Positions 27,229 through 40,279 of a stretch of DNA of 64,000 bases are shown here, piece by piece. Source of the DNA: Octopus vulgaris (lineage: Eukaryota). How positions within the stretch are numbered: the first letter of the stretch is position 1; the number at the start of each line of letters is the position of its first letter. A model generated the notes under the pieces. It was not told the DNA's origin. It worked only from the letters and a program-made list of their open reading frames with translations, and made no database searches. Where the stretch lies: contig OX597821.1 in assembly GCA_951406725.2 (NCBI GenBank), positions 3,720,001 to 3,784,000 of the forward strand, given 5' to 3'. Position numbers and translations under genes: made by a program.

Positions 27229-27815
27229 ACGTCACCATTATCATCACCATCATCATCATGATGATCATCATCATGATCATGATCATGATCATCTTCATCA
27301 TCATCATCATCGTCACCATCATCATCGTCATCGTCATCGTCATCATCATCATCATCGTCATCATCATCGTCACCATCATCATCGTCACCATCATCATCAT
27401 GATCATCATGATCATGATCATGATCATCATGATCATGATCATGATCATCATCGTCACTATCATCATCGTCACCATCATCATCGTCATCATCATCATCAGC
27501 ATCACCAACGTGGGCGTTGCTATCGTTGTCGTCATCAACATCATCATTGTCATAGGCGTCCTTGTCGCTGTCGTCGTCCTCATCATCACCATCATCCTCA
27601 TTGGCACAAGAGTCACCGTCAATATGCTTTTATCGGTAATTTCATGATCTACAATCACCATCATCAACGCTATCACCACCATCAGCGCCACAATCATAAT
27701 CATCATCATCATCATCATCATCAATATCATCATGATCGTGATCATCATCAGCATCACCGTCATCATCATCTCATCGTCGTTGTCCTTGTAATGAACGTGG
27801 ACATCATTATCATTA
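27137..27815. repeat. Degenerate (CAT)n microsatellite with (ATCATG)n sub-blocks
   Basis: Read directly from the sequence. Confidence 0.95.
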
Positions 27816-28097
27816 TCCCATTGTTAAAATATTTTGTAGGGAACATCGAGCTTAATCATCTAGAGATACGCATTTCCAATCATGTATGGCCACTTGTTTG
27901 TGTGTGTGTGATTATGAGTGTGTGTGCTTATGAGTGTGTGTGTGTGTGTAAATATACGAGCGTTTATAATATCAATATCAATATCAATATACGCCTATAG
28001 CTGGCGGTATAACGTTGAGACTATCCCTAGGGACATGTACGCACTTATACATACATAATAATGATACACATTCTGAACACCGCACACACACACACGC

Positions 28098-28214
<117 letters not shown>

Positions 28215-28270
28215 CACACATAAATATATAAATACACACACCCATATATATATATATTTTTATATATAGA

Positions 28271-28345
<75 letters not shown>

Positions 28346-28544
28346 TTATATATATATATGTGTGTGTGTATGTATGTATGTATATATATATACACGTACG
28401 TATATGTAAGTGCATGGATAATTACTCAGTGTGATTGTAAAATCGCCATGAAAAATAATTGAAAATTAATCAGCGGACACAGTTTGAAATATTGGGTTTT
28501 ATGATACCTTCCCGAAGAAATATATATCGAGTTTTAGGAAGAAA

Positions 28545-28860
28545 TCTTAACGAACCTATAAACCATAATCTGTCCTTGTTGACTTTTTGCTGTTTTAGCT
28601 GCTGTAACCGTTTCCCAATCTCCATCATTTTAGGTCTTTCTTCGTCGCATTTCCTTTACACGGGGAAATAATTGAAGGATAATGATAAAGCATAAAATAT
28701 ACCAGCGCTAATGAAAGCCTCTCTCTATGTATTAGTGCATGTGTGTGTTTCTCTGAGATTTTGTCCACCGTCTGTCTCATCAACGATTCGCTTGATGATA
28801 AGGAACGCAACAGGGCTCGATGACATTTGCTTTACTCTGTTGTTTACATTTCTTTTCTTT
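28545..28860 (-). pseudogene. Ancient RTE-type LINE C-terminal remnant
   Basis: With frameshifts it reads SKCHRALLR..VKEMRRR-RPKMMEIGKRLQQLKQQKVNKDRLW, resembling RTE 'KCYRRLLRI..V.GKRRRGRP..LQQLKE..DR..W'. Confidence 0.45.
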
Positions 28861-31130
28861 TATTTGTCTAAATTTCTTTTAACCCGGGGAGAAGATCTCC
28901 GCAGTTAGGATCATACTACGCCGAGCTCTCACCGTTGAAGTTTACCATATGCATGTGATATGCTAAAGCAAGCTGTTATCTTGGAAATCGTTTCTTTTAT
29001 GTAAATTTATTATGAAATGCATGTACACGCTTTTATGAATTGCATGTATGACTAGGTTATGAGATGTATAGACAGCCAGGCTATGAAGAAGTCACTTTGG
29101 AACTATTTGCGTGTCAAATATCGACAAAATAATTATTCTCTATGAATGATCTCATTTCTAGACGTCCTGGTCATTCATAGAGAATAATTATTCAGGATGT
29201 TTTGCATTTTATGAATAGTATTCGCATTAAATATGTGTAGTACATAGCATTAGTATTTACTAGATGATATTTCATTTAAATGGACTGATAGAATTATGTG
29301 AGTAAGCAAAAAATATTTCAAGCAAAAATTCCCACTCCTGAGGGTCAGAATTCAAACCTCCACACGTGTCATTCATATTTCCTGGCAGAATAAATTATAA
29401 CAGTTCTCTAGGCTTTTCGTATCATTTCGTATCATGACTTTAAAAAATAACACACCAGCCTATGTATTAGGTTCTAGCCTTTTCATTAGTACCGTTACAT
29501 CTTTAATTGCCAAGTGTGACAATGTCCTGAGTGAAAAAGATCTTACTATGTTTTCTTCTACATCACCATGTAAAGCAAGGATCACTTAATAGTATGCACT
29601 TAGTAATTACTTTTAGATTGTGAGTTACCTCGGACAGCTGTGTAAATATCGTTAAAAACATTCAATGTATATCTATACATTCTTTAATTATGTGAAGTGG
29701 TTCAAAGCCTGTATTATACAGCGTGGTCTATGTATCAGAGTTTTATGATATATTTCGATTTCAAGAAATAAGTTTAATGTTTCTATTCCCAAGTAAATGG
29801 ACAAAACTTGACGTAAGCCATAGAAAAACAAAGAGCGCTTCAAATAATGTACATACAACTTCTGCTGGTAATCAGTCTTATTTTTGCAACCGTAATCAGA
29901 CTTCAGTACATACTATCATTCTCTCTCCCCCAACACTCACATACTCACACGCACACACCAAATAATTCTTATATGCAAATATATAGCTATATACATGTAT
30001 ACGTGTGTATTTATAAATGTATATATATCTATATCTAGTATGTGTATATATATACATACAACACGCACACAGACACACAAACCCGTGCACACACATACGC
30101 ATATGATCTCGTAGATATCTAGTGTTTTTCTATTTTTTCTTTGCTTAACGACCTTCTATAAGAATTGAAACATAAATTTATAGCATTTCATTATTTTGGA
30201 ATAATATTTGTATTACTTTGGTAGATTACACAGGGGTAGTCGTGAAGATCTATGCTTTGTTAATCACTGAATAAGCTAGAACTATTTATATGAATGTTGT
30301 GTGTGTGTGTGTTTTTGTGTTCGTTTCAACATACAGACACAAATACGTGCGTGTATGTTTATATATACATTTATATACATATATGCTAAGCTATATCATA
30401 TCTCTTATATACTTACATACATTTACATTTTGAAGAATGACGAAAGAATGAGCAATCAAATGGTCTGTATGCAGACTATGGATATTGATAAGCTATTTTT
30501 AAAATAATTGGAAGCTATAAATAAATATTTATTTCCCTCCTTATGAAGATTACTAAACAATAAAATAATATTGTCGTTATTCCTCCTAGATATAGATCTG
30601 CCAGGGAAAGTTTGGTGCAACACAAAGAAAAGAACTAATAACATGAAAATCAGAAAAGTAGTTTGTAAAACTTATTCTGGAAGTAAGAGTGTAATTTTGA
30701 ATTTTGAATTCGAAATGGTATAGTAGTTTATAAAACAAATAGTTTAGCTAAACAATCTTTGGAGGTGTTGATCGTCTACATACTACTTTGTTAATAAGTT
30801 AATTTCGTACTCTGCAATTCAATATTTTTTATAAATTTCCAAATCATTCGGCTTAGTAATTGTAATGAAGAATTTTTACCGAAAGTAATATAAGGGAAAT
30901 ATGTTACAATGTGAAGAAGTATGTACAGAAAATTGTAACTTTAAGGAATATTTTCAGACAATGAAATTAAAAGATGTGAAGTTTGATTACTAAGCATTTT
31001 TGGGTGAGTTGAGGCAAGTAATTTGCGATGTGCACTTATATTCGTGTTTTCTGCGTCTTCTTTTCTCTATTTCTTTTCAATTCCGATTCACAGTATAATA
31101 GAATTTCATGTTCCTTTACACACACATGGC

Positions 31131-31234
<104 letters not shown>

Positions 31235-31314
31235 TATGTGAACGGATGTAGTAAATTGTGTGTGCTGCGGAAAATCTATAGTCAACCATTTTAAAAACAA
31301 TATTGGTTCAAATT

Positions 31315-31670
31315 AAGGCGGCGAGGCGGCAAATCATTCGTACGCCGGCCAAAATATTTAGAGACATTACGCCCGAATTTTAATTCCTGAATTCTAATTG
31401 CGTCGAAATTGGCTGTGTTTTGATAGTTTCCGGGACGATAAAATATGTCCCGGTTGAACACTGTGATCGATATAATCGAACTAACTCCACCCTTGGCATT
31501 GCTGGTCGTCTGCCAGAATTTCAAACCAATATAATGAATTTACTGACTTCAAATTATATCGAGGTCCACATAGGTTATCATCCTTTCGCGGTCGACAAAA
31601 TTAGAGCTCGTTGAGCACTGGTGACAATGTCATAGACTTATCTTGCAACAACTTGCTGCCATCAGCTCAA
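31315..31670 (+). mobile_element. Two degenerate SINE family C copies
   Basis: aaggcggcgaggcggcaaatc..; tcatcctttcgcggtcgacaaaatt. Confidence 0.55.
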
Positions 31671-31671
31671 A

Positions 31672-31741
<70 letters not shown>

Positions 31742-31856
31742 CATTATTATTATTATGTTTATTATTATCATCATAATCATCACCGTCATCAACGTCATCA
31801 TCATCAACATCATCATCATCATCATAATTATTATTATTATTATTACTATTATTATT

Positions 31857-32411
31857 GAGTGAGAGAACAGTGCATGCCATCAGAGTGACACTCGGGTAAA
31901 ATATACGAAGCCCACTATACCAATTATGACTACCCGTCTGATAAGGGTAGACCAGGCACATGCATTACAACCATATGTGCGCGACATGGTGATCGCATAT
32001 CAAGATAAACAGCACATGACCTTGCAGGTGGGTCCCAGTTAGAATTTTCTTCTTATCGAGTAACTCATCCCGCTCAAACCGTTCCTGAATAAGGGTTGTT
32101 TAATGATGTTGAACGAAACACCCATGTTTCCAGAGGTGAGTTATTCAAATCCCAAGGAATCCCTCTCAAAACATAGCTATGATGCTCCCAAACTAGTTCT
32201 GCTCGAGATCAGAGATTCACATATCGTCAACAACTAAGGAACATGCTCAACAGGTTATGGTCAAACAACAGACAAGCAAATCTGTGGTATTGAGCAGGAC
32301 ATTTGCTGTAGCCCATCTTTTATACCAAGACAAAACAGTGTACATGATAACAGTTCCAATCAGTTAAGATCAGAAACCACGAGAGCCACTGCCTAGTAGT
32401 GCATCAGGGCA
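31857..32411 (-). mobile_element. Repeat family A, full-length copy
   Basis: Flanked by (TTA)n on both sides (31671-31856 and 32413-32510). Confidence 0.88.
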
Positions 32412-32449
<38 letters not shown>

Positions 32450-33021
32450 GTAGTAGTAGTAGTAGTTGTAGTAGTAGTAGTAGTATTATTATTATCATTA
32501 TTATTATTATTATTATCATCATCATCATGATCATCATTCACGAGCATCAAGTTTTGCGACGAGAATATGGGTAAATATATTTCGTATTATTCAGAGATGA
32601 TGAATAATGTCAGGAACGATCAAGGAATAGAAAACAGTGCGAGAATTGTGTATTTATGTGATTACAAGTATTACTTTATCGATCTATGTATTAAATGTCT
32701 GATTATTTTGTAATTGCAATGTCTACTCGGAAGGAATATATGCGTCTTATTTATTGCAGTTCATAGCAAGCAAGAAATATATATATATATTTTTTTTCCT
32801 TTCACCTCTTGCTTGGTTCCATAATTGGTCTACGACCATGCTGGGAAACTCATCGATCACGCTAATCGAACAATTCTACGCCACTTCTTTGAAAATTGTT
32901 TTTTTTATTCTGGTCGCACTTTTTACCGGAAGCGATAATTTATGGCGAAGTAGGCAATGCAACACGCAAACGATAGCACGAAATACAGAAAGCAGAAAAG
33001 CACAGCCACATGTATACATAT

Positions 33022-33080
<59 letters not shown>

Positions 33081-33099
33081 GTATATATATATATATATA

Positions 33100-33423
33100 T
33101 ATTAATAGTTATCGCCAAGCTAACATAGCAGTCCAGTTAAATAGGATGAATGCTGTCGTTGATTAGCTCCAAGAGGTCGTCGCCTCTTGCTAGCTATGTG
33201 TCACATGAACCTGTGTTCATTGTAACCTTCGAACGTGGGAGGACAGTCGCTTCCCCTTGCTGGTCTGGCATCTATAGACTAGTTTCAGGTTATTTGCCCC
33301 TTATCAATGTAGAGTAGCAGAACCAAGCAGGCATCGCTACTTAGCATCTGTTAGAAGGATTATTTACCTAAATTCCGTGGAATATATCCATTACCATGTT
33401 AACTTGGCGATAACTATTAATAT
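33100..33423 (-). mobile_element. ~320-bp element with ~26-bp inverted ends enclosing a hammerhead-like motif
   Basis: attaatagttatcgccaagctaacat (33101) pairs with atgttaacttggcgataactattaat (33396). Confidence 0.6.
33258..33329 (-). ncRNA. Degenerate type I hammerhead ribozyme with extended stem I
   Basis: Minus strand tgcttggttctgctactctaca-TTGATAA-ggggcaaataacct-GAAAC-ta-GTC-tatagatgccagaccagca. The core differs from CUGAUGA at two positions; GAAAC..GUC and the long stem I are intact. Confidence 0.6.
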
Positions 33424-33694
33424 CCAGTACCGTTGCCGTAGTCTCCTTTAGAGAGACTTAGAAATACTAATATTTCTATTTTTGAAATCCAATGGACGTA
33501 TTTCACTGAATGGTTGCTTAATCCTGTAATATAATTTAATCACCTTGTAGAGAAATCAGCTAAAATAGACCAGGATGAGGTACACTAGATTAGCTAAATA
33601 TGATTTTGTATAAGTATTAAATTGCTATAAGCTATTAAAATCCCCGAGGTGAAATGCTAGATGTTCATAGAAATTCCATGAATATGATACACTA

Positions 33695-33912
33695 GCAGAA
33701 CGACCAGTTAGCAGAAGCGTTAGCACGACAGGGGAAATGCTTAGCAACATATCATCGGTCTGTACTTCTGAGTGCAAATTCCGCCGAGGTCAACTTAACA
33801 TTTCATTCATTAGGGGTGGATATAATATGTACCAGTGGCATACGGGCATCAATGTGATACAATTACCCACTCCCTCGAAATTACTGACATTATGACAAAA
33901 TGGGAAACCAAT
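33695..33912 (+). mobile_element. Degenerate SINE family C
   Basis: gcagaagcgttagcacg..ttctgagtgcaaattccgccgaggtcaact. Confidence 0.6.
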
Positions 33913-33960
33913 ATGGGACACTAACTTACTCATATATTTTTTATTGAAACACTTAATATA

Positions 33961-34400
33961 ATACAGTTCTGTATTTAAGTCGCGAGGAATTATGTATATT
34001 ATTTACCTTATTTACATACGACGGACATTTGTCCTCATCTTGTTTGATGCTATCACAACGCTTCGGCTGATATACCCTCCAGCGTTCTTCAGGATATAAA
34101 AGCATTAGATTTATAAACCCTAACATTCACTCCATAATTGCCCACGGGCATATGGTATAGTGGTTAAGAGTGCGGGCTACTAACCCCAAGATTCCGAGTT
34201 CCAATCAGTGACCTGAACAATAATGATAATAATGATAATAATAATAATAATAATAATAACAACAACAACAGCATCAAAAATACCCTAGGAATGAGAACCC
34301 AGCTTCGAAATTTCCCCAAGACACCTGAAGAATGATGGAGGGTATATCAGCCAAAGATGAGGACAAATATCCGTCGTATGTAAATAATGCAAATAATGCA
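33961..34400 (+). mobile_element. tRNA-headed SINE family E (34140-34400) preceded by an inverted copy of its own tail (33961-34095)
   Basis: Head gcccacgggcatatggtatagtggttaagagtgcgggctactaaccccaagattccgagttc; tail ggagggtatatcagcc..aagatgaggacaaatatccgtcgtatgtaaataa, whose reverse complement lies at ~34008-34093. Confidence 0.75.
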
Positions 34401-35091
34401 CTTAATATTATCATTTACTTATTTTCTCAACAAAACTAAATTAGCTGGCTTTCCAGAGAAAGGGATGTGACATTGTATTTCGAATAGTTCAAATGGTTTG
34501 CAAAGGCATACGTGTACGTTAACAGACATCCGTACAGATACATACGTACAAATCAGATTAATATAGACTACGTGGGTGTTATGTTCCCAAACCCCAGCGA
34601 TAGGTGAAAATCCGCGTAGTAGAAACAATACTGTATGTATGTTTTTTAAATTATTTTTATAATTTGTATATATTTATTTAATTATAACTGCAAAACAACA
34701 TTACACATTCACCTCCCGAGTTTCGTTTTCCATACAGTGTATGCTATTCTTTGTTTAGTCATCTACAGCACACAACGTATTTTCTTTTAATATATTTTAC
34801 TTAATGCATCATACAGTGCAGTAGTGTACTGTACTTCTATTTATTAATTTATTAATTTTTTGGCATGAGAGTTCTTATTTTACCAGAGAAATACTTACAA
34901 AGTAATGAATATAAATACCAATCTGCTGCAGAAACACGCGATATACTGAGGATTGCGTGATATAAATTTACATATATTAGCCAGAAAAATCTGCAAGGTA
35001 CTGAGGGTGCGATAGGTGAACTGCGGTATGAGGATGGATTACTGTACAGATGCATTCAAAGAAATGAAAGGAATGGGATTGAAAGTATATA

Positions 35092-35122
<31 letters not shown>

Positions 35123-35218
35123 AGGTATGTGTTTGTGTTTGTATGTGTGTGGGCATGTGTGTGTATAAGGTGGAGTTGAAAGGTTCCCTTACTAGTTAGC
35201 TATCTATCTATTTATCTG

Positions 35219-35289
<71 letters not shown>

Positions 35290-35292
35290 GTC

Positions 35293-35326
<34 letters not shown>

Positions 35327-35478
35327 ATATATATGCAGCACGGATTTTTGTCAGTGAACAGGTCGCGGTTTTAAAGCGACGAAAATATTTTGACAAATTA
35401 AACTTAAATTTTTTAAGTGAATCGAACGGCTTTTGTGTGTTTCTTAAATGGCTTACAAACACCTTCCACGCTGCAATT

Positions 35479-35529
<51 letters not shown>

Positions 35530-35546
<17 letters not shown>

Positions 35547-36951
35547 GAGTGATGTGTGTGTGCATATGTTCCTTATGCACTTGCAGTTTTCGACGTATGC
35601 TTTATAAAAATTTAAGATTATCATTTTTCTTTTAGTCACCTATCGTGAACGACATCTTTTACCACCGCCACCATCTAAACGGCGATGACGTCACATTTTC
35701 TATATGTATTCACGCGTACCTTATTTACGTTAAGCCGATGACTGAGAAGTTACTCTGTGACGGTGTATGTGTCAGTATACATACATTTTTGTGACGACTG
35801 ACACACACACACATCTAAAGTCAGAGACATATACACACAGAGGGACAGAGATAGGCTTGATGTGTGGGTTATTTGTGTGTGTGTGAGTGTGTGTGTGTCT
35901 TAATGAAACGTGCTGATATTGAAAGCTACAACGACTAGGTTTCATTAGAAACTGAATATAGTTTTACACTTTCAATTTCAACCAAAATTACAGAGTTCAA
36001 TTATGTGACTGATGATGTATGAATAATGCTTAGGCGATCTTTCGTTTTGACTTGCACATCTGCTATATGCATTCGTTAATTTCTGTAAAAATGCTTTGTT
36101 CATTTACTTTTGTTTTAAAGTGAAAGAGAGGAGAAAATGAAAGATATACGTGAATATGAAATGGACATGTGTGTGAGAGAGAGAGAGAGAGAGAGGAATG
36201 GAGAAACATAGAGAGAGAGACAGACAGGGAGAAAGAGAGAGAGGATGAGAGAACAAGGGAGAGAGAAAAGAGAAAGGGAAAAAGAAAGTGACTGAGGGTC
36301 TGTGTTGTCATGTATACGTAGATACGTCAATACATATGCATACATCTCTTTGTATGTACATGTGCGTGTGTGTGAGAAAGAGAGGGTGAGTGAACCTCCA
36401 TGTTCTCTTGTATGTATAAGTGGCACTCACTCACACTCTCTCTCTTACCTACACAAACATACGCACACACACACATGTCCATTTTATATACATATACATT
36501 TCATAGTGTTTTCCTCTCTCTTCTCTTTCACTTTAAAACAAATAAATAAATAAATTTCTTATACGGAAATTAACGAACAAAACAGCTGATGCGGATGACA
36601 GTTCGTTAACAACTTTGTGAGTTATAACGAAACATTAGCCGCTGCTTATTAATCCATCTACCAAAAAATAAACTATATTTTTCACTCAACATCTCAATTT
36701 TACAACTAAAATTACGCGGGTGGCACACATTTTGTGGTCATTTTCGGACAATATTTCAATTTGTTTCTAATGTTTCTCTTTCATCTGATGATTCGCGCAT
36801 GCGTAGAATTCTACTCGGACAAACATTTATGAAAATGTTCACATAAATAGTGTATTATAAGACATAAGCAAGAAAAAATTGCATTAAAAAACATCCATTT
36901 CTCTATATGTTATGAGGGAATACAGTCATTATTTCTCTCTTTCTCTGTGTG

Positions 36952-36999
<48 letters not shown>

Positions 37000-38645
37000 G
37001 CACAATAATATTTATGCATTTGTATTTATGGGCGAAGGTAAAGAATACGTACACCCGGTATTCAGGTTTAAGGTTACGCTTAAAATAGGGTGGTGTTCGT
37101 TTTCTTTACCTCCGCCTATTTATGTATGTGTATATAAAAGATAATGTGTGTGTGAGAGAGAAAAAGTGAGTGAATGAAAGAGCGTGAGTGACTGAGATTT
37201 ACACATTCATGGAAAAAAATCCATACATCAAAACACACCTTCACTCATTCACTGACTCATTCTCGCTCTCTCTCTCTATCACACACAGAGAGAGACACAC
37301 ACGTCCATTTCATATACACGCACATCTTTCACTTTCTCCTTTCTTTTACTTTGTCCTCTCACTTCAAAGCAAATTCCGCTTTTTCACTTCATCCTCCCTT
37401 TCAAATTCTTCTCTCTTCAAAGTATAAAGAAATTAACAGAATTTTACGGAAATTAACGAACAAAAATATGACCCCATATATGTCGAGTTGACAAATTTGC
37501 TTCTCTAAACAAAAGTCTGCTATAAAATAGCTTCATTTGACACTCACGCACACACACATACACAAACTCTAGGTTAAACTTGTGTGCAAACTATGTTATA
37601 TCTTGCAGTGTGCATGCACAAATTTAAAGCTCAAATCCAATTGAAATGATCTTTTTCTATCGTGTAATTTGTGTTTGTGATGCATGTATTTAAAAACCTG
37701 ATCTTCGATATAAACTGAAATACAAGTTTTCCCAGGAATCCTAATTTTACCTCTTCTTTCTAGCATGTCCGAGGTGGAATTTCAGCTCCGTCCCCCTATT
37801 TTTTAACCTAAACTTCTTCCGATTCCATTGTTTGCGATACAGGACATTAGGATTTCACCCACAAACACGTTCTCAATATTTTAATGTTCTCCCTCTCCAC
37901 ACCAAATTCCTTTTTTACTTCTTAAACATATTTTTCTTCTTTATCCAAGGAGAAAAAAACAAGCAATACGAAACATTAAGACTTTTACCAATCACCTCAC
38001 CACTTTCAAAAAAGCTATACATTTCCAGTGTTGCATTTTTAGCCTTTTTGTAAGGCAGGGAAGTTATTCAGAAATAATCTCGTTTACCTGATGTTTCTAG
38101 CATGTCGGGTTTTCTGCTGGTGGTCTGGTATTTTTAAGTTTGCTATTTCAGTGAAATTTTAAGTATGCGGGGAAACATCAGACAAAAGTGAAAGCGAGTA
38201 GATGATGGGTAGGTGATGTGCGTTTCTTTAAAAAAAATGAAACTATAAAAAAATTGTGTATTTCTCAGATTCGTAATCTCTGTATTTTTCTACGTAGATA
38301 ACAAAAAAAATCGTTAAGTTATAAATTAAGAAATTGTGGTGAGGATGGGGAGAAATTTTAAATTTTCAAAACTTGATGTCTGGAGAAAATCGTATTAATC
38401 CCTTTTTTACGATGCAACAATACATAGTTTATGATCCTTCTTTAGAACAGAAAGCACATTCATGCAAAGCCATGCAAATTGTACCCTCCCCCTTCACTTT
38501 AAAACATGCAATAACTTCCATTATTATATAAATATCAGCTGTTAACTATATATCAGCTGTGCCGATTGTGACCCTAAGAAAGGAGCAAATAATACAATGT
38601 GCCTCTAGGTCATAATACCCGGGCAGCGCCGGTTGACATTGCTAG
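35530..38645 (+). mobile_element. Probable ~3.1-kb non-autonomous Helitron
   Basis: Begins (TA)n-aaaatagagtgatgtgtgtg, like the 17667 element. Ends with hairpin ccgg-gcagcg-ccgg then ttgacattgCTAG|T. Continuity between the two ends is inferred. Confidence 0.5.
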
Positions 38646-38679
38646 TACTGTTCAATAAAAAATAACTTCGTTAACTAAG

Positions 38680-38985
38680 TTTTATTATCTCCTTCAAAAT
38701 AGTTACTTTGCGTGGCGAAACATCGGTCTACAATTCGTTTGCCGTAAGCGAGTCGAGGACCTTCGACGATTCGGTTTTGATGTCGACAACGGTGTTAAAA
38801 TGGCGACATTTGAGCAGCATTTTCATCTTGGGGATGGCATGTAAATCTGCTGATGCTGAATCTGACGAAAATGGAGTTAGCAGAAGGGATAACATGTTGT
38901 TTTTGCCAAAAGACTCACGAGGAATCAAGAGGTTCAAAGACAGATGGCGAGTCATAGTCCTTTTTTTTCAGGAATCCCTACTGAG
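38680..38985 (-). pseudogene. Mariner transposase C-terminal remnant
   Basis: ..NNMLSLLLTPFSSDSASADLHAIPKMKMLLKCRHFNTVVDIKTESSKVLDSLT..DRCFATQSNYFEGD matches the mariner 'PYSPDLAP.DF.LFPK.K..LKGRRF..G.YFEGD' region. Confidence 0.8.
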
Positions 38986-38989
38986 CGTG

Positions 38990-39125
38990 GATACCGAATT
39001 ATTCACTTTTATAAAGTGAGTAAACCGAAGCATGAGAAATAATGTGTCTTGCTCAAAAACACTCCGCATTCCGCGGTCCAGGAATCTGAATCCCAATTTT
39101 GCCAAACCACAAAGTCTCACTCCAC
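38990..39125 (-). mobile_element. Degenerate SINE family D head
   Basis: gattcagattcctggaccgcgga..tttgagcaagacacattatttc. Confidence 0.5.
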
Positions 39126-39146
39126 AACACACACGCACGCGCACGC

Positions 39147-39181
<35 letters not shown>

Positions 39182-39213
39182 TGCACCTATATATATGTGT
39201 ATTTATATGTATG

Positions 39214-39263
<50 letters not shown>

Positions 39264-39279
39264 TATATGTATATATATA

Positions 39280-39327
<48 letters not shown>

Positions 39328-40279
39328 TATATATATATCTATATATGTGTGTCTATATATGTATACATATTTTCAATGAGTGCGACACAATTATATGTCT
39401 TGAATTCATGGCATATATATGTTGATATACACAAATTTATTACACAAAGACATGTATGCATGTTTGAATAAGTCACAAACTCACTTACACATATATACAT
39501 ATATATATTCATATGATTTACATAGCTAGGCAATTATAACACTATAACTGTTCTTGACTTTTTGAAAGGCTCTTTAAATTTTATTTCTATCTTTACTAAG
39601 CCATTAAGGTTTGCTTTATTACGTTTGCTTGTTTAGATGTGATACTATGAATATGCACTATTTCTCGTTCCGTTTATATCTTTAATGTATTTGTTTTAGT
39701 ACCAACGCATAATAAATATATCTCAACATCTTTAAGTTTCTCGCACATTACAGTATTCATCAATTTTAATTTCATTTGACTTAACAAATAAATCTGCAAT
39801 CTAATGCTCTGACGCTTCGATTTATAAGTCTACCGTAAATCTTTCAAAATATAATACATATTTATGTTATAGAAATAGTATTTATATATTAACAAAGCTG
39901 AAAATGAAAAGGCTGAGAAACTGGCAGATGTTTTGTAATGTTAAAACCAATTACCAAAAAATATTATTATAAGAAATGAAAAATCCCTAACTCAAGTGAG
40001 TATTTATATATTAATATTAGTAAAAGGTTACGGAGGTTTATAAAATAATAAAATAAATATGCTAAATTCTAAAATTTCTTCAAACAGTTGTTTTGAGAAA
40101 ATGTCAATCGGAAATAAACGAAGCAGTCAGAGCAGTATTTATTAAGGTTTTATAGAAAATATTCAGCAATTTTGTACACACCTATACCAAATGAAGCAAC
40201 AGCATACGTACACTCACAGAGACACACATAGACCGACACAGACAGATATATATACATATATATACACAGATCTACGAGC

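Noticed and set aside
27062-28000. Met-, Ile- and His-rich ORFs up to 235 aa
   Set aside because: Products of a degenerate (CAT)n repeat, which is stop-poor by composition, with no splice or domain evidence.
28560-28655. Minus-strand peptide KCDEERPKMMEIGKRLQQL resembling protein kinase subdomain XI
   Set aside because: I found no other kinase motifs (HRD, DFG, APE). The flanking frames fit an RTE LINE C-terminus better.
34140-34215. tRNA-like sequences here and at other SINE heads
   Set aside because: No complete cloverleaf or acceptor stem, and each continues into a repeated SINE body.
35163-35192. Mariner TIR-like stub (tataaggtggagttgaaaggttcc)
   Set aside because: Too short, and I found no partner TIR.
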